A DNA stretch of 44,752 bases from a virus (taxonomy: Duplodnaviria > Heunggongvirae > Uroviricota > Caudoviricetes): IMG/VR virus record IMGVR_UViG_2671180296_000008, positions 1-44,752 of that record. One strand, written 5' to 3'. The notes beneath the pieces are model-generated. The model was given only the letters and a program-made list of their open reading frames with translations. It did no database searches and was not told where the DNA came from. The position numbers and the translations under genes were made by a program. Each line of letters starts with the position of its first letter. Position 1 is the first letter of the stretch. Below, in pieces: positions 30,389 through 41,503 of the stretch.

Positions 30389-31765
30389 TCATACGTCAGC
30401 CCCTTGTGCATATCGTCTGCCACGCGCAGCAGGTGCATTTGATGCTGTGCAAATCTGTCTGGCTTCATCCTGGTCACATGCAACAAAGTGTCCGTTACAG
30501 AACCGCTGGTAAACCGTACCAAGCGAGCCAAAACGGTTTTTCGTCACGATGATTTCAGCAAATGGCGCGGCGCTACTATTCTCGTCATATACCGCTTCCC
30601 GATAGAGCATGATGATTGAGTCTGCGTCCTGTTCAATGCTTCCTGAATCACGCAAATCTGCGTTTGTCGGGCGTTTGTTTGGTCGCTTCTCAACATCGCG
30701 CGAAAGCTGACTTAGGGAGATAACAGGCGTTTTCAGGTCTTTCGCCATCGCCTTCAGGCTTCCTGAGATGTGAGCAATTGCGAGGTCGTTGCGGTCTGCT
30801 TTCGGCTTCTCAATCAGGCCAAGATAATCCGCCATGATGAGTGACAGGTTTGGATTTTCCTGTTTGTGCCGCTCTGCGATTGAGCGAATTTCTTCTACCG
30901 ATAACCGCGAGGCATCGACTACCCATACATCCAAATCTGCAAGCTGACTCATGCCGTTAGCAACACGCGCCCAGCCTTCGTCATCCATCGATGCAGGATT
31001 TCGCAGTACGCTAACCGACATCCTCCCGGCGTTGGCAATGCTCCGCTCTGCAATCTGCAATGCGCTCATTTCCATCGAGAAAATCAACACTCCGCGCCGG
31101 ACGTCAGAACCAGGAATAACGCGGCTTGCAACACCTTCGGCAATCTTCAGCGCCAGCTCGGTTTTCCCCATACCAGGACGAGCAGCGATAATCACCATGT
31201 CTTCCGCGTTCATCCCTCCGGTGATGGCATCAAGTTCTTCGATTCCGGTCTTCAGGGTATCTGACTCTTCTCCGTTCCTCAGACGCCTGTCAAGCGTGTC
31301 AGTGTAGTCAGTGATGATTTCCCCTAACCGTACAGGTTTAACCTCGTCACGGGGCTTTCTGATAGCTGAGAGACGTTTTACAAGTTCATCCATCGCCTGA
31401 CTCGATGCGTCGATGGTTCCGCTCTGAATTGGTTCACGCATTTCATCCATGATTTCCAGCACCAGACGGCGGTGATAGTTATCCGCGACCATTCCGGCAT
31501 ATCCCTTCAGGTTTGCGGCACTCGGGCAGTTCTTGCTGGTCATCAGGATTGACGTGAAATGCTCCTCTCCGCACGCCTCGGCAACCATCAGCGCGTCGAT
31601 TAGGTTTCTGTTTCGCGCCTGCTTGCGGATAACCTCGAAGGCTTTCCGGTAGAGCGGAATTGAAAACGCTTCCGGCTCCAGCGTTGCCAGAACGTCGCTG
31701 GCGGTTGGTGTTAATCCACCAATCAGCAGGCCACCGATAACGCTCGCTTCGATATCCTGTTTCAT
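30389..31765 (-). CDS. Replicative DNA helicase, DnaB family (P22 gp12-like)
   Basis: 458-aa ORF with Walker [13 protein letters not shown] and DnaB C-terminal motifs. Confidence 0.9.
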   Translation of the reverse strand: MKQDIEASVIGGLLIGGLTPTASDVLATLEPEAFSIPLYRKAFEVIRKQARNRNLIDALMVAEACGEEHFTSILMTSKNCPSAANLKGYAGMVADNYHRRLVLEIMDEMREPIQSGTIDASSQAMDELVKRLSAIRKPRDEVKPVRLGEIITDYTDTLDRRLRNGEESDTLKTGIEELDAITGGMNAEDMVIIAARPGMGKTELALKIAEGVASRVIPGSDVRRGVLIFSMEMSALQIAERSIANAGRMSVSVLRNPASMDDEGWARVANGMSQLADLDVWVVDASRLSVEEIRSIAERHKQENPNLSLIMADYLGLIEKPKADRNDLAIAHISGSLKAMAKDLKTPVISLSQLSRDVEKRPNKRPTNADLRDSGSIEQDADSIIMLYREAVYDENSSAAPFAEIIVTKNRFGSLGTVYQRFCNGHFVACDQDEARQICTASNAPAARGRRYAQGADV

Positions 31766-32709
31766 GCAATCCCCCTGTCTGCAAACTTCCCTTCCCGAAC
31801 TCCCGTTAACGAATCTTCCCTCAGCAGGTAATCAAAATCAGCTGTCCAGCCCGTGTCGTTGTCTCCGAAGTAAAACGGCTTGGCCTGATGCACAAACGCC
31901 CTGACATACGCTCTGAAACCGTCCACGTTTGGCGTTTTCAGTTGCGGGATGATTTTCTTCAGGCGGCGTTTGCGTTTCTCGTTGACCGCAACAGCGTGTG
32001 GAAGTCTGTCACCGACTTCGGTGTTGTAGGCGTTCAGGAAGGATTCGTAGTCGATTCGTTCTGCCTTGCGACGTTCAGGTTTAACCTGCCCATCGCCGCC
32101 CCCATTGGGGGGTAGGGGGGTATTATTTATATTCTTGTTAATACCTTCTTGTTCATGATGTGCGGTTGTTTGTGCGGCTTCATGTGCGCTTTCATGTGCG
32201 GCATGTACTCTGAAAGCCGAGCCATTGCTGGCTTCGTCATGTGCGGCATCATGTGCGGTTGTTTGTGCGGCTTCATGTGCGGGTGAATTGTCCATTTTTT
32301 GAGCGTATTCATGGTAATTTGTGATGGTGATCACACGACCTTTTTGCTTCTCTCCATCAATGGAGATCATCCCCTCTTTCACAAAAACCTGAAGCATCCG
32401 CTCAACCTGATCACGGCTTGCTGGCTTGCCATGTCTGTCGCATAACTGAAGACCTAAATCAGCTGCTGTCACAACCAGTTGACCGGGTTGCAGATGCCAT
32501 TCATGACCTTTGAAATTCGCTTTGTATGGCTTTCTGGCGGCATTCAGGAGAATGTTTTCCCACAGGGTGCGAAGATAAACATCTTTCGCCCATGACTGTT
32601 TCAGAATGCTCCGGTACAACGGAATGTAACCAGTTTTCTGGTTCTCCATCCTGTTGCTCCTGCGCTCGTGTGCGGCGCTGAAATCGTAGATTTTTGCTGT
32701 ATTGCTCAT
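31762..32709 (-). CDS. Replication initiation protein (lambda O-like / P22 gp18-like) containing the iteron origin
   Basis: N-terminal DNA-binding domain, internal His/Ala repeat encoded by DNA iterons, start overlapping the helicase gene. Confidence 0.75.
   Translation of the reverse strand: MSNTAKIYDFSAAHERRSNRMENQKTGYIPLYRSILKQSWAKDVYLRTLWENILLNAARKPYKANFKGHEWHLQPGQLVVTAADLGLQLCDRHGKPASRDQVERMLQVFVKEGMISIDGEKQKGRVITITNYHEYAQKMDNSPAHEAAQTTAHDAAHDEASNGSAFRVHAAHESAHEAAQTTAHHEQEGINKNINNTPLPPNGGGDGQVKPERRKAERIDYESFLNAYNTEVGDRLPHAVAVNEKRKRRLKKIIPQLKTPNVDGFRAYVRAFVHQAKPFYFGDNDTGWTADFDYLLREDSLTGVREGKFADRGIA
32155..32283. repeat. Candidate ori iterons: about 8 copies of (T/C)(C/T)ATGTGCGG including a 31-bp duplicated block
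   Basis: ATGTGCGGTTGTTTGTGCGGCTTCATGTGCG at 32158-32188 and 32251-32281 plus further copies of the short motif. Confidence 0.55.
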
Positions 32710-32711
32710 AA

Positions 32712-32984
32712 CTACCTGCCTTGACGAAAGACCTTAAGAACATCGTTAAACTGACTTACGGATATGTCTTCTTTGAGAAGCTTTTCCAGAAATGCGTTTG
32801 GAATGAACGTATATCCCTCCTCTTTTGGTAGAGACGGGAGCAACGCCCTCGCCTCAGCCTTCAGAAGCTCAGTTCTGGCAACTTTCACAAAAGAGATTTG
32901 AGTTCTTTCATCAATGGAACGAAGGAAGCGCAAACGCTTAACTTCTTTGTGTGTATCAGGTGGATTAAAGCCTTTGTTTCGCAT
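32712..32984 (-). CDS. Hypothetical protein between cII and the initiator gene
   Basis: ORF from MRNKGFNPPDTHKEVKRLRF...; the longer ORF-track version would overlap cII and is rejected. Confidence 0.45.
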   Translation of the reverse strand: MRNKGFNPPDTHKEVKRLRFLRSIDERTQISFVKVARTELLKAEARALLPSLPKEEGYTFIPNAFLEKLLKEDISVSQFNDVLKVFRQGR

Positions 32985-33006
32985 ATAATTACCTCGTTGG
33001 ATGTTA

Positions 33007-33300
33007 TTAAAATTCCATTTGTATTTGTTCAGAACGCTCGGTTGCCGCCGGGCGTTTTTTATTGGTGAGAATCGAAGCAACTTGTCGTGCCAATCGAGCC
33101 ATGTCGTCGTCAACGACACCCCATTCAAGAACAGCAAGCAGCATTGAGAACTTTGGAATCCAGTCCCTCTTCCACCTGCTGATCTGCGACTTATCAACTC
33201 CCACAGCTTCCGCTGTCTTCTCAGTTCCAAGCATTGCGATTTTGTTAAGCAACGCACTCTCGATTCGTAGAGCCTCGTTGCGTTTGTTTGCACGAACCAT
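33007..33300 (-). CDS. cII: Transcriptional activator CII (lambda-type)
   Basis: MVRANKRNEALRIESALLNKIAMLGTEKTAEAVGVDKSQISRWKRDWIPKFSMLLAVLEWGVVDDDMARLARQVA...; start at ATG 33300. Confidence 0.85.
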   Translation of the reverse strand: MVRANKRNEALRIESALLNKIAMLGTEKTAEAVGVDKSQISRWKRDWIPKFSMLLAVLEWGVVDDDMARLARQVASILTNKKRPAATERSEQIQMEF

Positions 33301-33379
33301 ATGTAAGTATTTCCTTAGATAACAATTGATTGAATGTATGCAAATAAATGCATACACCATAGGTGTTGTTTAATTTGAT

Positions 33380-33411
33380 GCCCTTTTTCAGGGCTGGGAT
33401 GTGTAAGAGCG
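33380..33411 (-). promoter_or_regulatory. nutR (boxA CGCTCTTA and boxB GCCCTGAAAAAGGGC)
   Basis: Minus-strand CGCTCTTACACATCCCAGCCCTGAAAAAGGGC between cro and cII. Confidence 0.8.
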
Positions 33412-33419
33412 GGAATGTC

Positions 33420-34772
<1,353 letters not shown>

Positions 34773-34822
34773 TTCCCACCTCAATCTCGATAACCAAAAA
34801 ACAAACTATTTTCCGTTTAAAA

Positions 34823-34890
34823 ACAACGGAGTTTGTTTTTCACGCCTCTTTTTACAATATTTCTTGTTTACAACATACAATCTTTCTTGT
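34823..34890. promoter_or_regulatory. OL operators (434-type) and pL promoter region
   Basis: 14-bp ACAA-N6-TTGT sites at 34823-34836, 34854-34867 and 34877-34890. Confidence 0.7.
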
Positions 34891-34934
34891 AATTTTAAGC
34901 CATCAGCAGGACGCACTAACCACCATGAAGGTGA

Positions 34935-34965
34935 GGCTCTTAAAAATTAAGCCCTGAAGAAGGGC
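34935..34965 (+). promoter_or_regulatory. nutL (boxA GCTCTTA, boxB GCCCTGAAGAAGGGC)
   Basis: GGCTCTTAAAAATTAAGCCCTGAAGAAGGGC upstream of N. Confidence 0.8.
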
Positions 34966-35151
34966 AGCATTCAAAGCAGAAGGCTTTGGGATTGGATGAA
35001 TGCGCAGGCTGATGCGCACACGAATGTAACTTGCTGGTCAAGTCTCCCCACAGCGACGGGGGTGCAACTGATTCATTTCGTGGCATGTCTAGCTAGCCGG
35101 GGTTCAGCGCCGGCCATCCAATCACCAAAGCTAACTGACAGGAGAATCCAG

Positions 35152-35478
35152 ATGGATGCACAAACACGCCGCCGCGAACGTCGCGCAGAGAAACAGGCTC
35201 AATGGAAAGCAGCAAATCCCCTGTTGGTTGGGGTAAGCGCAAAACCAGTTAACCGCCCTATTCTCTCGCTGAATCGCAAACCGAAATCACGAGTAGAAAG
35301 CGCACTGAATCCGATAGACCTTACGGTGCTGGCTGAATATCACGAACAGATTGAAAGCAACCTGCAGCGTATTGAGCGCAAGAATCAGCGCACATGGTAC
35401 AGCAAGCCACGCAGTGAAATGGGTGTGACTTGTGTCGGTCGCCAGAAAATGAAATTAGGCAGCAAACCACTTATTTGA
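35152..35478 (+). CDS. N: Antiterminator N (lambda-type)
   Basis: MDAQTRRRERRAEKQAQWKAANPLLVGVSAKPVNRPILSLNRKPKSRVESALNPIDLTVLAEY...; start at ATG 35152, ORF-track extension rejected. Confidence 0.9.
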   Translation: MDAQTRRRERRAEKQAQWKAANPLLVGVSAKPVNRPILSLNRKPKSRVESALNPIDLTVLAEYHEQIESNLQRIERKNQRTWYSKPRSEMGVTCVGRQKMKLGSKPLI

Positions 35479-35556
35479 GGTGATATATGGAAGAAGAATT
35501 TGAAGAGTTCGAAGAGCATCCTCAGGATGTGATGGAACAATACCAGGACTATCCTT

Positions 35557-35757
35557 ATGACTACGACTATTGATAAAAATCAATGGTGTGGACAATTCAA
35601 GCGATGCAATGGATGCAAGCTGCAATCGGAATGCATGGTTAAGCCTGAAGAAATGTTTCCTGTAATGGAGGATGGGAAATATGTCGATAAATGGGCAATA
35701 CGAACTACGGCAATGATTGCCAGAGAACTTGGTAAACAGAATAACAAGGCTGCCTGA
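35557..35757 (+). CDS. ral: Restriction alleviation protein Ral
   Basis: MTTTIDKNQWCGQFKRCNGCKLQSECMVKPEEMFPVMEDGKYVDKWAIRTTAMIARELGKQNNKAA matches lambda Ral by recollection. Confidence 0.8.
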   Translation: MTTTIDKNQWCGQFKRCNGCKLQSECMVKPEEMFPVMEDGKYVDKWAIRTTAMIARELGKQNNKAA

Positions 35758-35784
35758 TGGTGGTCTTTATTTTTAAGGTGCTAT

Positions 35785-36027
35785 ATGAAAATTAAAACCA
35801 TGGGCGCAAGCCCATTAAGCGGTCGTATTTTTCAAGGAACATTAAACACTGAAAAAGGAATGTGGGTAGGAAAGAAAGAAGATGTCACCGAACAGGCAGT
35901 TAAGGCAGTAGCTGAACACCTGATGATAAAAGACCAGAAATACGCATACGAAACGAAGGATGGCAAATGGCTGATAATAAGCCATCAACTGGTTGATAAA
36001 TTACCAGAAGATTTTATTGCTGATTAA
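35785..36027 (+). CDS. Hypothetical protein (pL operon)
   Basis: 80-aa ORF, not recognised. Confidence 0.45.
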   Translation: MKIKTMGASPLSGRIFQGTLNTEKGMWVGKKEDVTEQAVKAVAEHLMIKDQKYAYETKDGKWLIISHQLVDKLPEDFIAD

Positions 36028-36099
36028 AATTTTTTTGGCATAAACAACAGAATAAACACTGCACTGTGTATTCATTCCAACGAGTGAATACACGGAGCA

Positions 36100-36471
36100 A
36101 TGTCGCTCGTAACTAAACAGGAGCTGACTTGTTCTGATTATTGGAAATCTTCTTTGCCCTCCAGTGTGAGGGCGATTTTTTTGACGGAGTGTTTTATGGG
36201 TGACATGGGTGAATTTTGGCGAGACTGGAAACCAGAACTTAAAGAAAGACGCCGAAAGGCTCGCGACTCGGCTTTCGAAAGAATATCGGCTTTCTTTAGG
36301 CGCAATGAAGTTGAGTTTGAGGAAGGAAATAACACTCTGATATTCAGAACTCCGAATGGAACAGTAGCTTATTATCCGCCATCGCAACGCATGCAGCATA
36401 AAAACACCTGGAGAGATTGCAGTCCTACCTATTGCATGAATTATGTAAAAAAACTAAGAGCCACCGAATAA
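36100..36471 (+). CDS. Hypothetical protein (pL operon); start uncertain, possibly ATG 36196
   Basis: Same strand as the pL operon; competes with antisense ORF 36001-36399. Confidence 0.3.
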   Translation: MSLVTKQELTCSDYWKSSLPSSVRAIFLTECFMGDMGEFWRDWKPELKERRRKARDSAFERISAFFRRNEVEFEEGNNTLIFRTPNGTVAYYPPSQRMQHKNTWRDCSPTYCMNYVKKLRATE

Positions 36472-36555
36472 ACGACTTTTAATTACCGCATCTTAGTTAG
36501 CATTTATTCAAGTGTTCAATCGTAATGTAATCACAACTAACCAAGGAACTTCCCC

Positions 36556-36690
36556 ATGATGCAACTCAGCTATGCGGGAAGCGGCGTCATGTCCGCTTTC
36601 TACCCGCACGAATCTGAATTATCACGCCGAGTTAAACAATTAATCAGAGCAGCAAAGAAACAACTGGAGGCGTTATGCGCAATGAAATAG
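36556..36690 (+). CDS. cIII: CIII-like small protein (44 aa; candidate FtsH inhibitor)
   Basis: Translated by hand: MMQLSYAGSGVMSAFYPHESELSRRVKQLIRAAKKQLEALCAMK; resembles lambda CIII by recollection. Confidence 0.5.
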   Translation: MMQLSYAGSGVMSAFYPHESELSRRVKQLIRAAKKQLEALCAMK

Positions 36691-36827
36691 CCATCAATCA
36701 CCAGATGCTTCGTGCTGCACAGAACAAAGCAGTAATAGCCAGATTTATTGGTGATTCCAAAATGTGGATTGAAGCAAATAAAGCGATGAAATCAGCTATC
36801 AACCTTCCGTGGTATCGCAGGAAATGA
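36675..36827 (+). CDS. kil: Kil-like small protein (50 aa)
   Basis: Translated by hand: MRNEIAINHQMLRAAQNKAVIARFIGDSKMWIEANKAMKSAINLPWYRRK; the FIGD.KM segment resembles lambda Kil by recollection. Confidence 0.45.
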   Translation: MRNEIAINHQMLRAAQNKAVIARFIGDSKMWIEANKAMKSAINLPWYRRK

Positions 36828-36908
36828 GTTTTACAGATAACTGGTCAGACGAAGAATTCATTCGTCAGATGAACAAAATGCTCAATCAGCACAAAGAACA
36901 GGAGAAAG

Positions 36909-37220
36909 ATGATGATTCTGACTCTGAATGATAAGCGTGAAATATCGCAAATAATCGCAAGTTTTACTGATGAAGATTACGAACGAATCAACAGTGAAGT
37001 TGATCGCCTATGCAAACGTTGCGACCCAATAAGCGAAATGCTTCGCTCATATAAACCAGATGAACACACTAAGGACGCTATCGACTGGCTGGAAGATGAT
37101 GACTGTAACTATCAGGAAAAAGCCGCTGAATGGTTCTGGGATGCAATAACCGAAAGAGTTAAGGCTGAATATGCCTTCGCAATATTCAAACGCAGACATA
37201 TTTATGGAGAAGCAGCATGA
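36909..37220 (+). CDS. Hypothetical protein upstream of recT
   Basis: 103-aa acidic ORF; start may be ATG 36912. Confidence 0.45.
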   Translation: MMILTLNDKREISQIIASFTDEDYERINSEVDRLCKRCDPISEMLRSYKPDEHTKDAIDWLEDDDCNYQEKAAEWFWDAITERVKAEYAFAIFKRRHIYGEAA

Positions 37221-38119
37221 GCAATATCGTTGAATTCGTTAAACAGCAAGAGCAGTTATTCTGCGGAGCATTGACTGAACAGACGGTGACATGGGCTAAG
37301 GAAAGCCAGTTTGCAATTCAGTATTTCCAGAAAAATGATTACCTGGCTAAAACGGCACTGGCAAATCCAACCAGCGCACAGAACGCCATCATCAATGTTG
37401 CGGCGATCGGCATCACCTTAAACCCGGCCAGCAAACTTGCTTATCTAGTTCCGCGCGACGGCATGGTTTGCCTTGATATCAGCTATATGGGATTACTTCA
37501 CCTTGCACAGTCGACAGGATCAATTAAGTGGGGGCAATGCAAACTGGTGTACTCAAACGACACCTATGAATCAAACGGCCTTGATTCAGCACCAACCCAC
37601 AAATACAACGCATTTGGTGAACGAGGCTCTATTGTTGGTGGTTATTGTACGGTTAAAACAGCAGATGGTGACTACCTCACTGAAGAAATGAGTCTGGCAG
37701 AAATTAAAGCTGTGGAAGCAACGAGCAAGGCAAAGAATGGACCGTGGAAGACATTCTGGAATGAGATGGCGCGAAAGACGGTCGTAAAGCGTGCAAGCAA
37801 GTATTGGCCTAAGGCATCACGCCTTGATAGTGCTATTCACGTACTAAACGAAGAAGAAGGCGTGTGGACCGAACCAGTTATGCCGCACAAATCAGAGGAA
37901 GATATCCGCGAAGATGAACGGAAACGCCAGCAGGAAATAATGGATAAAGCACAACTTCTTTGCGATGAAATGGCTCAGGCAGAAAACATGGATGATTTGA
38001 AGCGATATTTTGCAGAAGCATATCGCCTGACATATGGAATGAAATTGCAGCAGAACGTACAAGCCATTTACATAGAATGCAAAGCGAAACTGGAGGTTGC
38101 CAATGAGCAAACTGTATGA
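37217..38119 (+). CDS. recT: RecT-family single-strand annealing recombinase
   Basis: 300-aa ORF with RecT-like core (…GLLHLAQSTGSIKWGQCKLVYSNDTYE…) by recollection. Confidence 0.75.
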   Translation: MSNIVEFVKQQEQLFCGALTEQTVTWAKESQFAIQYFQKNDYLAKTALANPTSAQNAIINVAAIGITLNPASKLAYLVPRDGMVCLDISYMGLLHLAQSTGSIKWGQCKLVYSNDTYESNGLDSAPTHKYNAFGERGSIVGGYCTVKTADGDYLTEEMSLAEIKAVEATSKAKNGPWKTFWNEMARKTVVKRASKYWPKASRLDSAIHVLNEEEGVWTEPVMPHKSEEDIREDERKRQQEIMDKAQLLCDEMAQAENMDDLKRYFAEAYRLTYGMKLQQNVQAIYIECKAKLEVANEQTV

Positions 38120-38585
38120 AATTGCCAATGAATACGCAAAATTGATGGATTCAGATTTAGAACCAGAGATGATTGCTGACACAATAGAAGGCATGGAAGG
38201 AGAATTTACCGATAAAATAGAGCAACTTCTTGCCATTATTAAAAATGAATCTGGTTATGCTGAACGCCTCAAGGAAGAGGCAAAGTCACTGAATGAGCGA
38301 GCCGCAGTAATTCAAAATAAGATTGGCAGCATTATGGCGTATATAGCGTCATCGCTTGAAATGGTTGGCAAGAAAAAGATTAGAGCAGGTATTCACCAGG
38401 TAACAATCCGCAAACCGTCAGAAACTGTAGAAATCATCGACTCAAGCGCCCTTCCTCCTGAATACGTTGAGTTTGAAACGACAATTAAAGCCGACAAACT
38501 GGCAATCAAACACCAACTAAAAGCAGGAATAAATATCCCCGGCGCTCAACTCAAAGTTGGGAAACCTTCACTTCTTATCAAATAA
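38097..38585 (+). CDS. Gp157-family protein (commonly partnered with RecT)
   Basis: 162-aa acidic ORF immediately after recT; family assignment by recollection. Confidence 0.5.
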   Translation: MPMSKLYEIANEYAKLMDSDLEPEMIADTIEGMEGEFTDKIEQLLAIIKNESGYAERLKEEAKSLNERAAVIQNKIGSIMAYIASSLEMVGKKKIRAGIHQVTIRKPSETVEIIDSSALPPEYVEFETTIKADKLAIKHQLKAGINIPGAQLKVGKPSLLIK

Positions 38586-38596
38586 CGGTATCGCCT

Positions 38597-38911
38597 ATGA
38601 AAAAGACTCCATGGGAGAAATGGGAAGTCGATTTCTTGCGCGAAGTGGCGGCAACAATGCCAGTTGAAGTTATCGCTGAAAAACTGGAAAGGACTGAAAA
38701 AGCAGTAATGGCGAAAGCAACAAGGATTGGCGCTGACATTGTTAGCCGACTTCGTGGAAGACGCTGGACAAGAGCCGAAGTATCACTTTTCGGTAAGTTC
38801 TCCGCAGAAGAAATAGCAATTGCAACCTGCCGCTCAATTTATTCAGTAAGAGCTATGCGATACAAGCTAAAAAAACTCGATGAAGAAAGAGCAGGCATAC
38901 GAATAAATTAA
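38597..38911 (+). CDS. Hypothetical protein
   Basis: 104-aa ORF, not recognised. Confidence 0.45.
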   Translation: MKKTPWEKWEVDFLREVAATMPVEVIAEKLERTEKAVMAKATRIGADIVSRLRGRRWTRAEVSLFGKFSAEEIAIATCRSIYSVRAMRYKLKKLDEERAGIRIN

Positions 38912-39091
38912 CAAAGAGGAATTTACCATGAGAGGACTTGCATACAATCCCGGCATTCTTCCGGCAGAAATGATTATTCGCCAACGCGTAAAGCCAATGC
39001 CATCGAGAGAGGAATTGCTTAAGAGAAATTCTTTTCCATCAGTGAATCAAAACAAATATCTGAATGCGATGTGGCGCAAAGGAGGCAACCA

Positions 39092-39736
39092 GTGAGCAAC
39101 CGTTTTTACATGATGTGCTCGCGTGAAACTGTGGGTAATAACGCTTCATTCCATTGCCATAACGGCAATGGTTACAGTTCTGATATCGATCGCGCTCATG
39201 TTTACACGCTGGAAGAAGCCCAAAAAGCCTGGAATTGTGGGCGAGATATAGATCAGCCTGTTTGTGCCGATAGTGTGGATGCAATGGCAGTGTGGCACGT
39301 TGATTGCCAGTACATCCCTACAGAAAGCCTGATTGAGTCAGATTGCACTGAATATGTAGCCTACATAAAAGGTAGATGGAACGGCAACGATGTTTACTGG
39401 CTTCAACATGGTGGATTTCCAACCGATGACTTCAGTAAAGCAACCATCTTTAGCGTCGCCAACAAAAACGAACCAGGAATAGTTTGGTTGCCATTTTCCA
39501 TCACTGATGCAGTAAAGCGCCGGACGTTCAATATCAATAATTTTAACCGCAGAACAATGGTTCAGGGCGCAGGTTTGATCATGCCTGACTGGTTGAAAAA
39601 GCAAAACAGAAGAAAGAAGTCGCGAAGCGGGAAAGTGCGATGGAATTGTCCGCATTGCGGAAAAATTATCTGGCAGTACAGCCCATATGATTTTGAAGGC
39701 TGTCGTGATTACAACTGTGAAGGATGGCGAGTATGA
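39092..39736 (+). CDS. Hypothetical Cys-rich protein with C-terminal zinc-ribbon-like CPHCG...C..C motif
   Basis: GTG 39092 with AGGAGG 7 nt upstream; alternative starts GTG 39071 or ATG 39110. Confidence 0.45.
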   Translation: MSNRFYMMCSRETVGNNASFHCHNGNGYSSDIDRAHVYTLEEAQKAWNCGRDIDQPVCADSVDAMAVWHVDCQYIPTESLIESDCTEYVAYIKGRWNGNDVYWLQHGGFPTDDFSKATIFSVANKNEPGIVWLPFSITDAVKRRTFNINNFNRRTMVQGAGLIMPDWLKKQNRRKKSRSGKVRWNCPHCGKIIWQYSPYDFEGCRDYNCEGWRV

Positions 39737-40620
39737 GAATTGACTATCAGGCACTACGTGAAAAGGCAGAGAAAGCAACGTGGGGTGACTGGGACTCATA
39801 TAAACCACACCGTGGCGCACGTGGTTATGAAGTCAGGCTAAGTAGTCAGGCCATTGCGCAACACGTTCTGAAAAACAACGCTGAATTTATTGCTGCCTTT
39901 AATCCAAAGATTGCTTTGGCATTACTGGATGAACGGGAAAGAAACCAGCAATACATCAAACGCCGCGACCAGGAGAACGAGGATATTGCGCTAACGGTAG
40001 GGAAGCTGCGCGTTGAGCTTGAAGCAGCAAAATCAAAACTCAACGAGCAGCGTGAATATTACGAGGGAGTAATAGCGGATGGAAGTAAGCGCATAGCAGA
40101 ACTGGAAAAACAATGCGCCGAATGGGAGCGAAAAGCATTAAGCAACTTTGAAGAGTGTGCTGCGATGGCTGAACGTATCGAAGAGTTGCAGACAAAATCT
40201 GCACCAGATTCGTTTGGCATCATCGGTGAAAATATTCGAACACAGGATAATCGAATAACGTCAGACCCTATGTTTTGTGTGTATCAAAAGCGCGAAATCG
40301 TTGTTGATGCTGATTATGACTATGACCGGATTGTCTGGGTTGATGAAGATGGCAATGAAGCCAATAAACGCCAAAGTCGTCATCTCGAACTACTTCACGA
40401 AAACTTTCGAGAGCCACCAGAAAAATGGCGGCGCGTTGCTGTGAAAGATATTGATGAATTCGTTACCTGCTGTTTCACCGAACAGGGTTGTAAAGACTAC
40501 CTGGCAGTCAATGGTCACAATCTTCGCTTGCCATTTATATATGTAAATGGCGGTTTCAGGAACGCTGAATATATCGGCATAAGAAACTGGCTTGCTGGCA
40601 TTCGCATCAAAGGAGAGTGA
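39724..40620 (+). CDS. Ead/Ea22-like family protein
   Basis: N-terminal ...IDYQALREKAEKATWGDW... motif and coiled-coil middle resemble Ead/Ea22-like proteins by recollection. Confidence 0.45.
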   Translation: MASMRIDYQALREKAEKATWGDWDSYKPHRGARGYEVRLSSQAIAQHVLKNNAEFIAAFNPKIALALLDERERNQQYIKRRDQENEDIALTVGKLRVELEAAKSKLNEQREYYEGVIADGSKRIAELEKQCAEWERKALSNFEECAAMAERIEELQTKSAPDSFGIIGENIRTQDNRITSDPMFCVYQKREIVVDADYDYDRIVWVDEDGNEANKRQSRHLELLHENFREPPEKWRRVAVKDIDEFVTCCFTEQGCKDYLAVNGHNLRLPFIYVNGGFRNAEYIGIRNWLAGIRIKGE

Positions 40621-40621
40621 T

Positions 40622-40816
40622 ATGGCAACCAACAACCGTAAAGCAAAGATTCTGTTAGTTCGCAGAAACGCTCCTGGCGTCTGGCAGTGGGTGAGACTCA
40701 GCAACCGACGGGTGGGGTTAATGAAACATTACGGGATGATGGATTGTGGTTTTTGCAAAAAGCCCAGCGCGGCGCAAAACCGCTGGAAAAACCACTTGCG
40801 TACTAAAGGAGAGTGA
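40622..40816 (+). CDS. Hypothetical small protein
   Basis: MATNNRKAKILLVRRNAPGVWQW...; preceded by the conserved AAAGGAGAGTGATATGGC junction. Confidence 0.4.
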   Translation: MATNNRKAKILLVRRNAPGVWQWVRLSNRRVGLMKHYGMMDCGFCKKPSAAQNRWKNHLRTKGE

Positions 40817-40817
40817 T

Positions 40818-41027
40818 ATGGCTATTGCCGCAAGTTACACCATGCATCTCTATTGTGACTGCCGCCAGTGTACGGAAGGTGTATATCCAGTGCCAGACTT
40901 CGGTGAGTATATCGGTACGTCATGGTCTGGTTGTGCAAAAGAGGCGCGCAAGGATGGCTGGCGAATAAGCAAAGACAAAACGCGTGCTTTTGCGCCCGGG
41001 CATAAAGTTTTGAGGATTAACAAATGA
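40818..41027 (+). CDS. Hypothetical small Cys-rich protein
   Basis: MAIAASYTMHLYCDCRQCTEG...; preceded by the same junction motif. Confidence 0.4.
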   Translation: MAIAASYTMHLYCDCRQCTEGVYPVPDFGEYIGTSWSGCAKEARKDGWRISKDKTRAFAPGHKVLRINK

Positions 41028-41503
41028 CCACTATTACCAAAGAGCGACTGCTGACAATCAAGCAGTGGCGCGAAACATACGGACCTGGTAGCAACGTTGT
41101 ACTGCCAGCAGAAGAAGCGGAAGAACTGGCGCGGATTGCGCTGGCATCGCTGGAAGCAGAGCCGGTGGCGTGGAAGGTAACCTTCACGCAAATTGACCGT
41201 GAATATAACACGTTCACTGGTATGTATTCTGACAAAGCAGAAGTCGAACGGTGGGTACGTCTGCATAAAGCATGTAATTTTCGGGCAGATATAACACCGC
41301 TTTATACCGCCAAGCCAGTGCCGGTAACTCCGGATGGTTGGGTTATGGTGCCGAAGGAGTTAACGCCGGAAATGATGAGAGCCGTTCAGATTAGAAGTGA
41401 GCTTGGAGGGTATGCCACTTCCAATCTATCTGGTGCATACAATATGTTTTCTGAGTTCTGGAATGTTGCTGTCTCAGCTGCGCCTAAGGTGGATGATTTA
41501 TGA
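41024..41503 (+). CDS. Hypothetical protein
   Basis: 159-aa ORF, overlapping start/stop with its neighbours. Confidence 0.45.
   Translation: MTTITKERLLTIKQWRETYGPGSNVVLPAEEAEELARIALASLEAEPVAWKVTFTQIDREYNTFTGMYSDKAEVERWVRLHKACNFRADITPLYTAKPVPVTPDGWVMVPKELTPEMMRAVQIRSELGGYATSNLSGAYNMFSEFWNVAVSAAPKVDDL

Noticed and set aside
32127-32312. 61-aa His/Met/Pro/Lys-rich ORF
   Set aside because: It is an alternative-frame translation of the iteron repeats inside the initiator gene.
35487-35573. 28-aa highly acidic ORF (MEEEFEEFEEHPQDVMEQYQDYPYDYDY) between N and ral
   Set aside because: It may be real, but it overlaps the ral start in another frame and cannot be supported from sequence alone.
36001-36399. 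Minus-strand 132-aa ORF
   Set aside because: It is antisense to the pL operon and has an odd Ser/Arg-rich composition. The plus-strand ORF (36100/36196-36471) is preferred, although neither is well supported.
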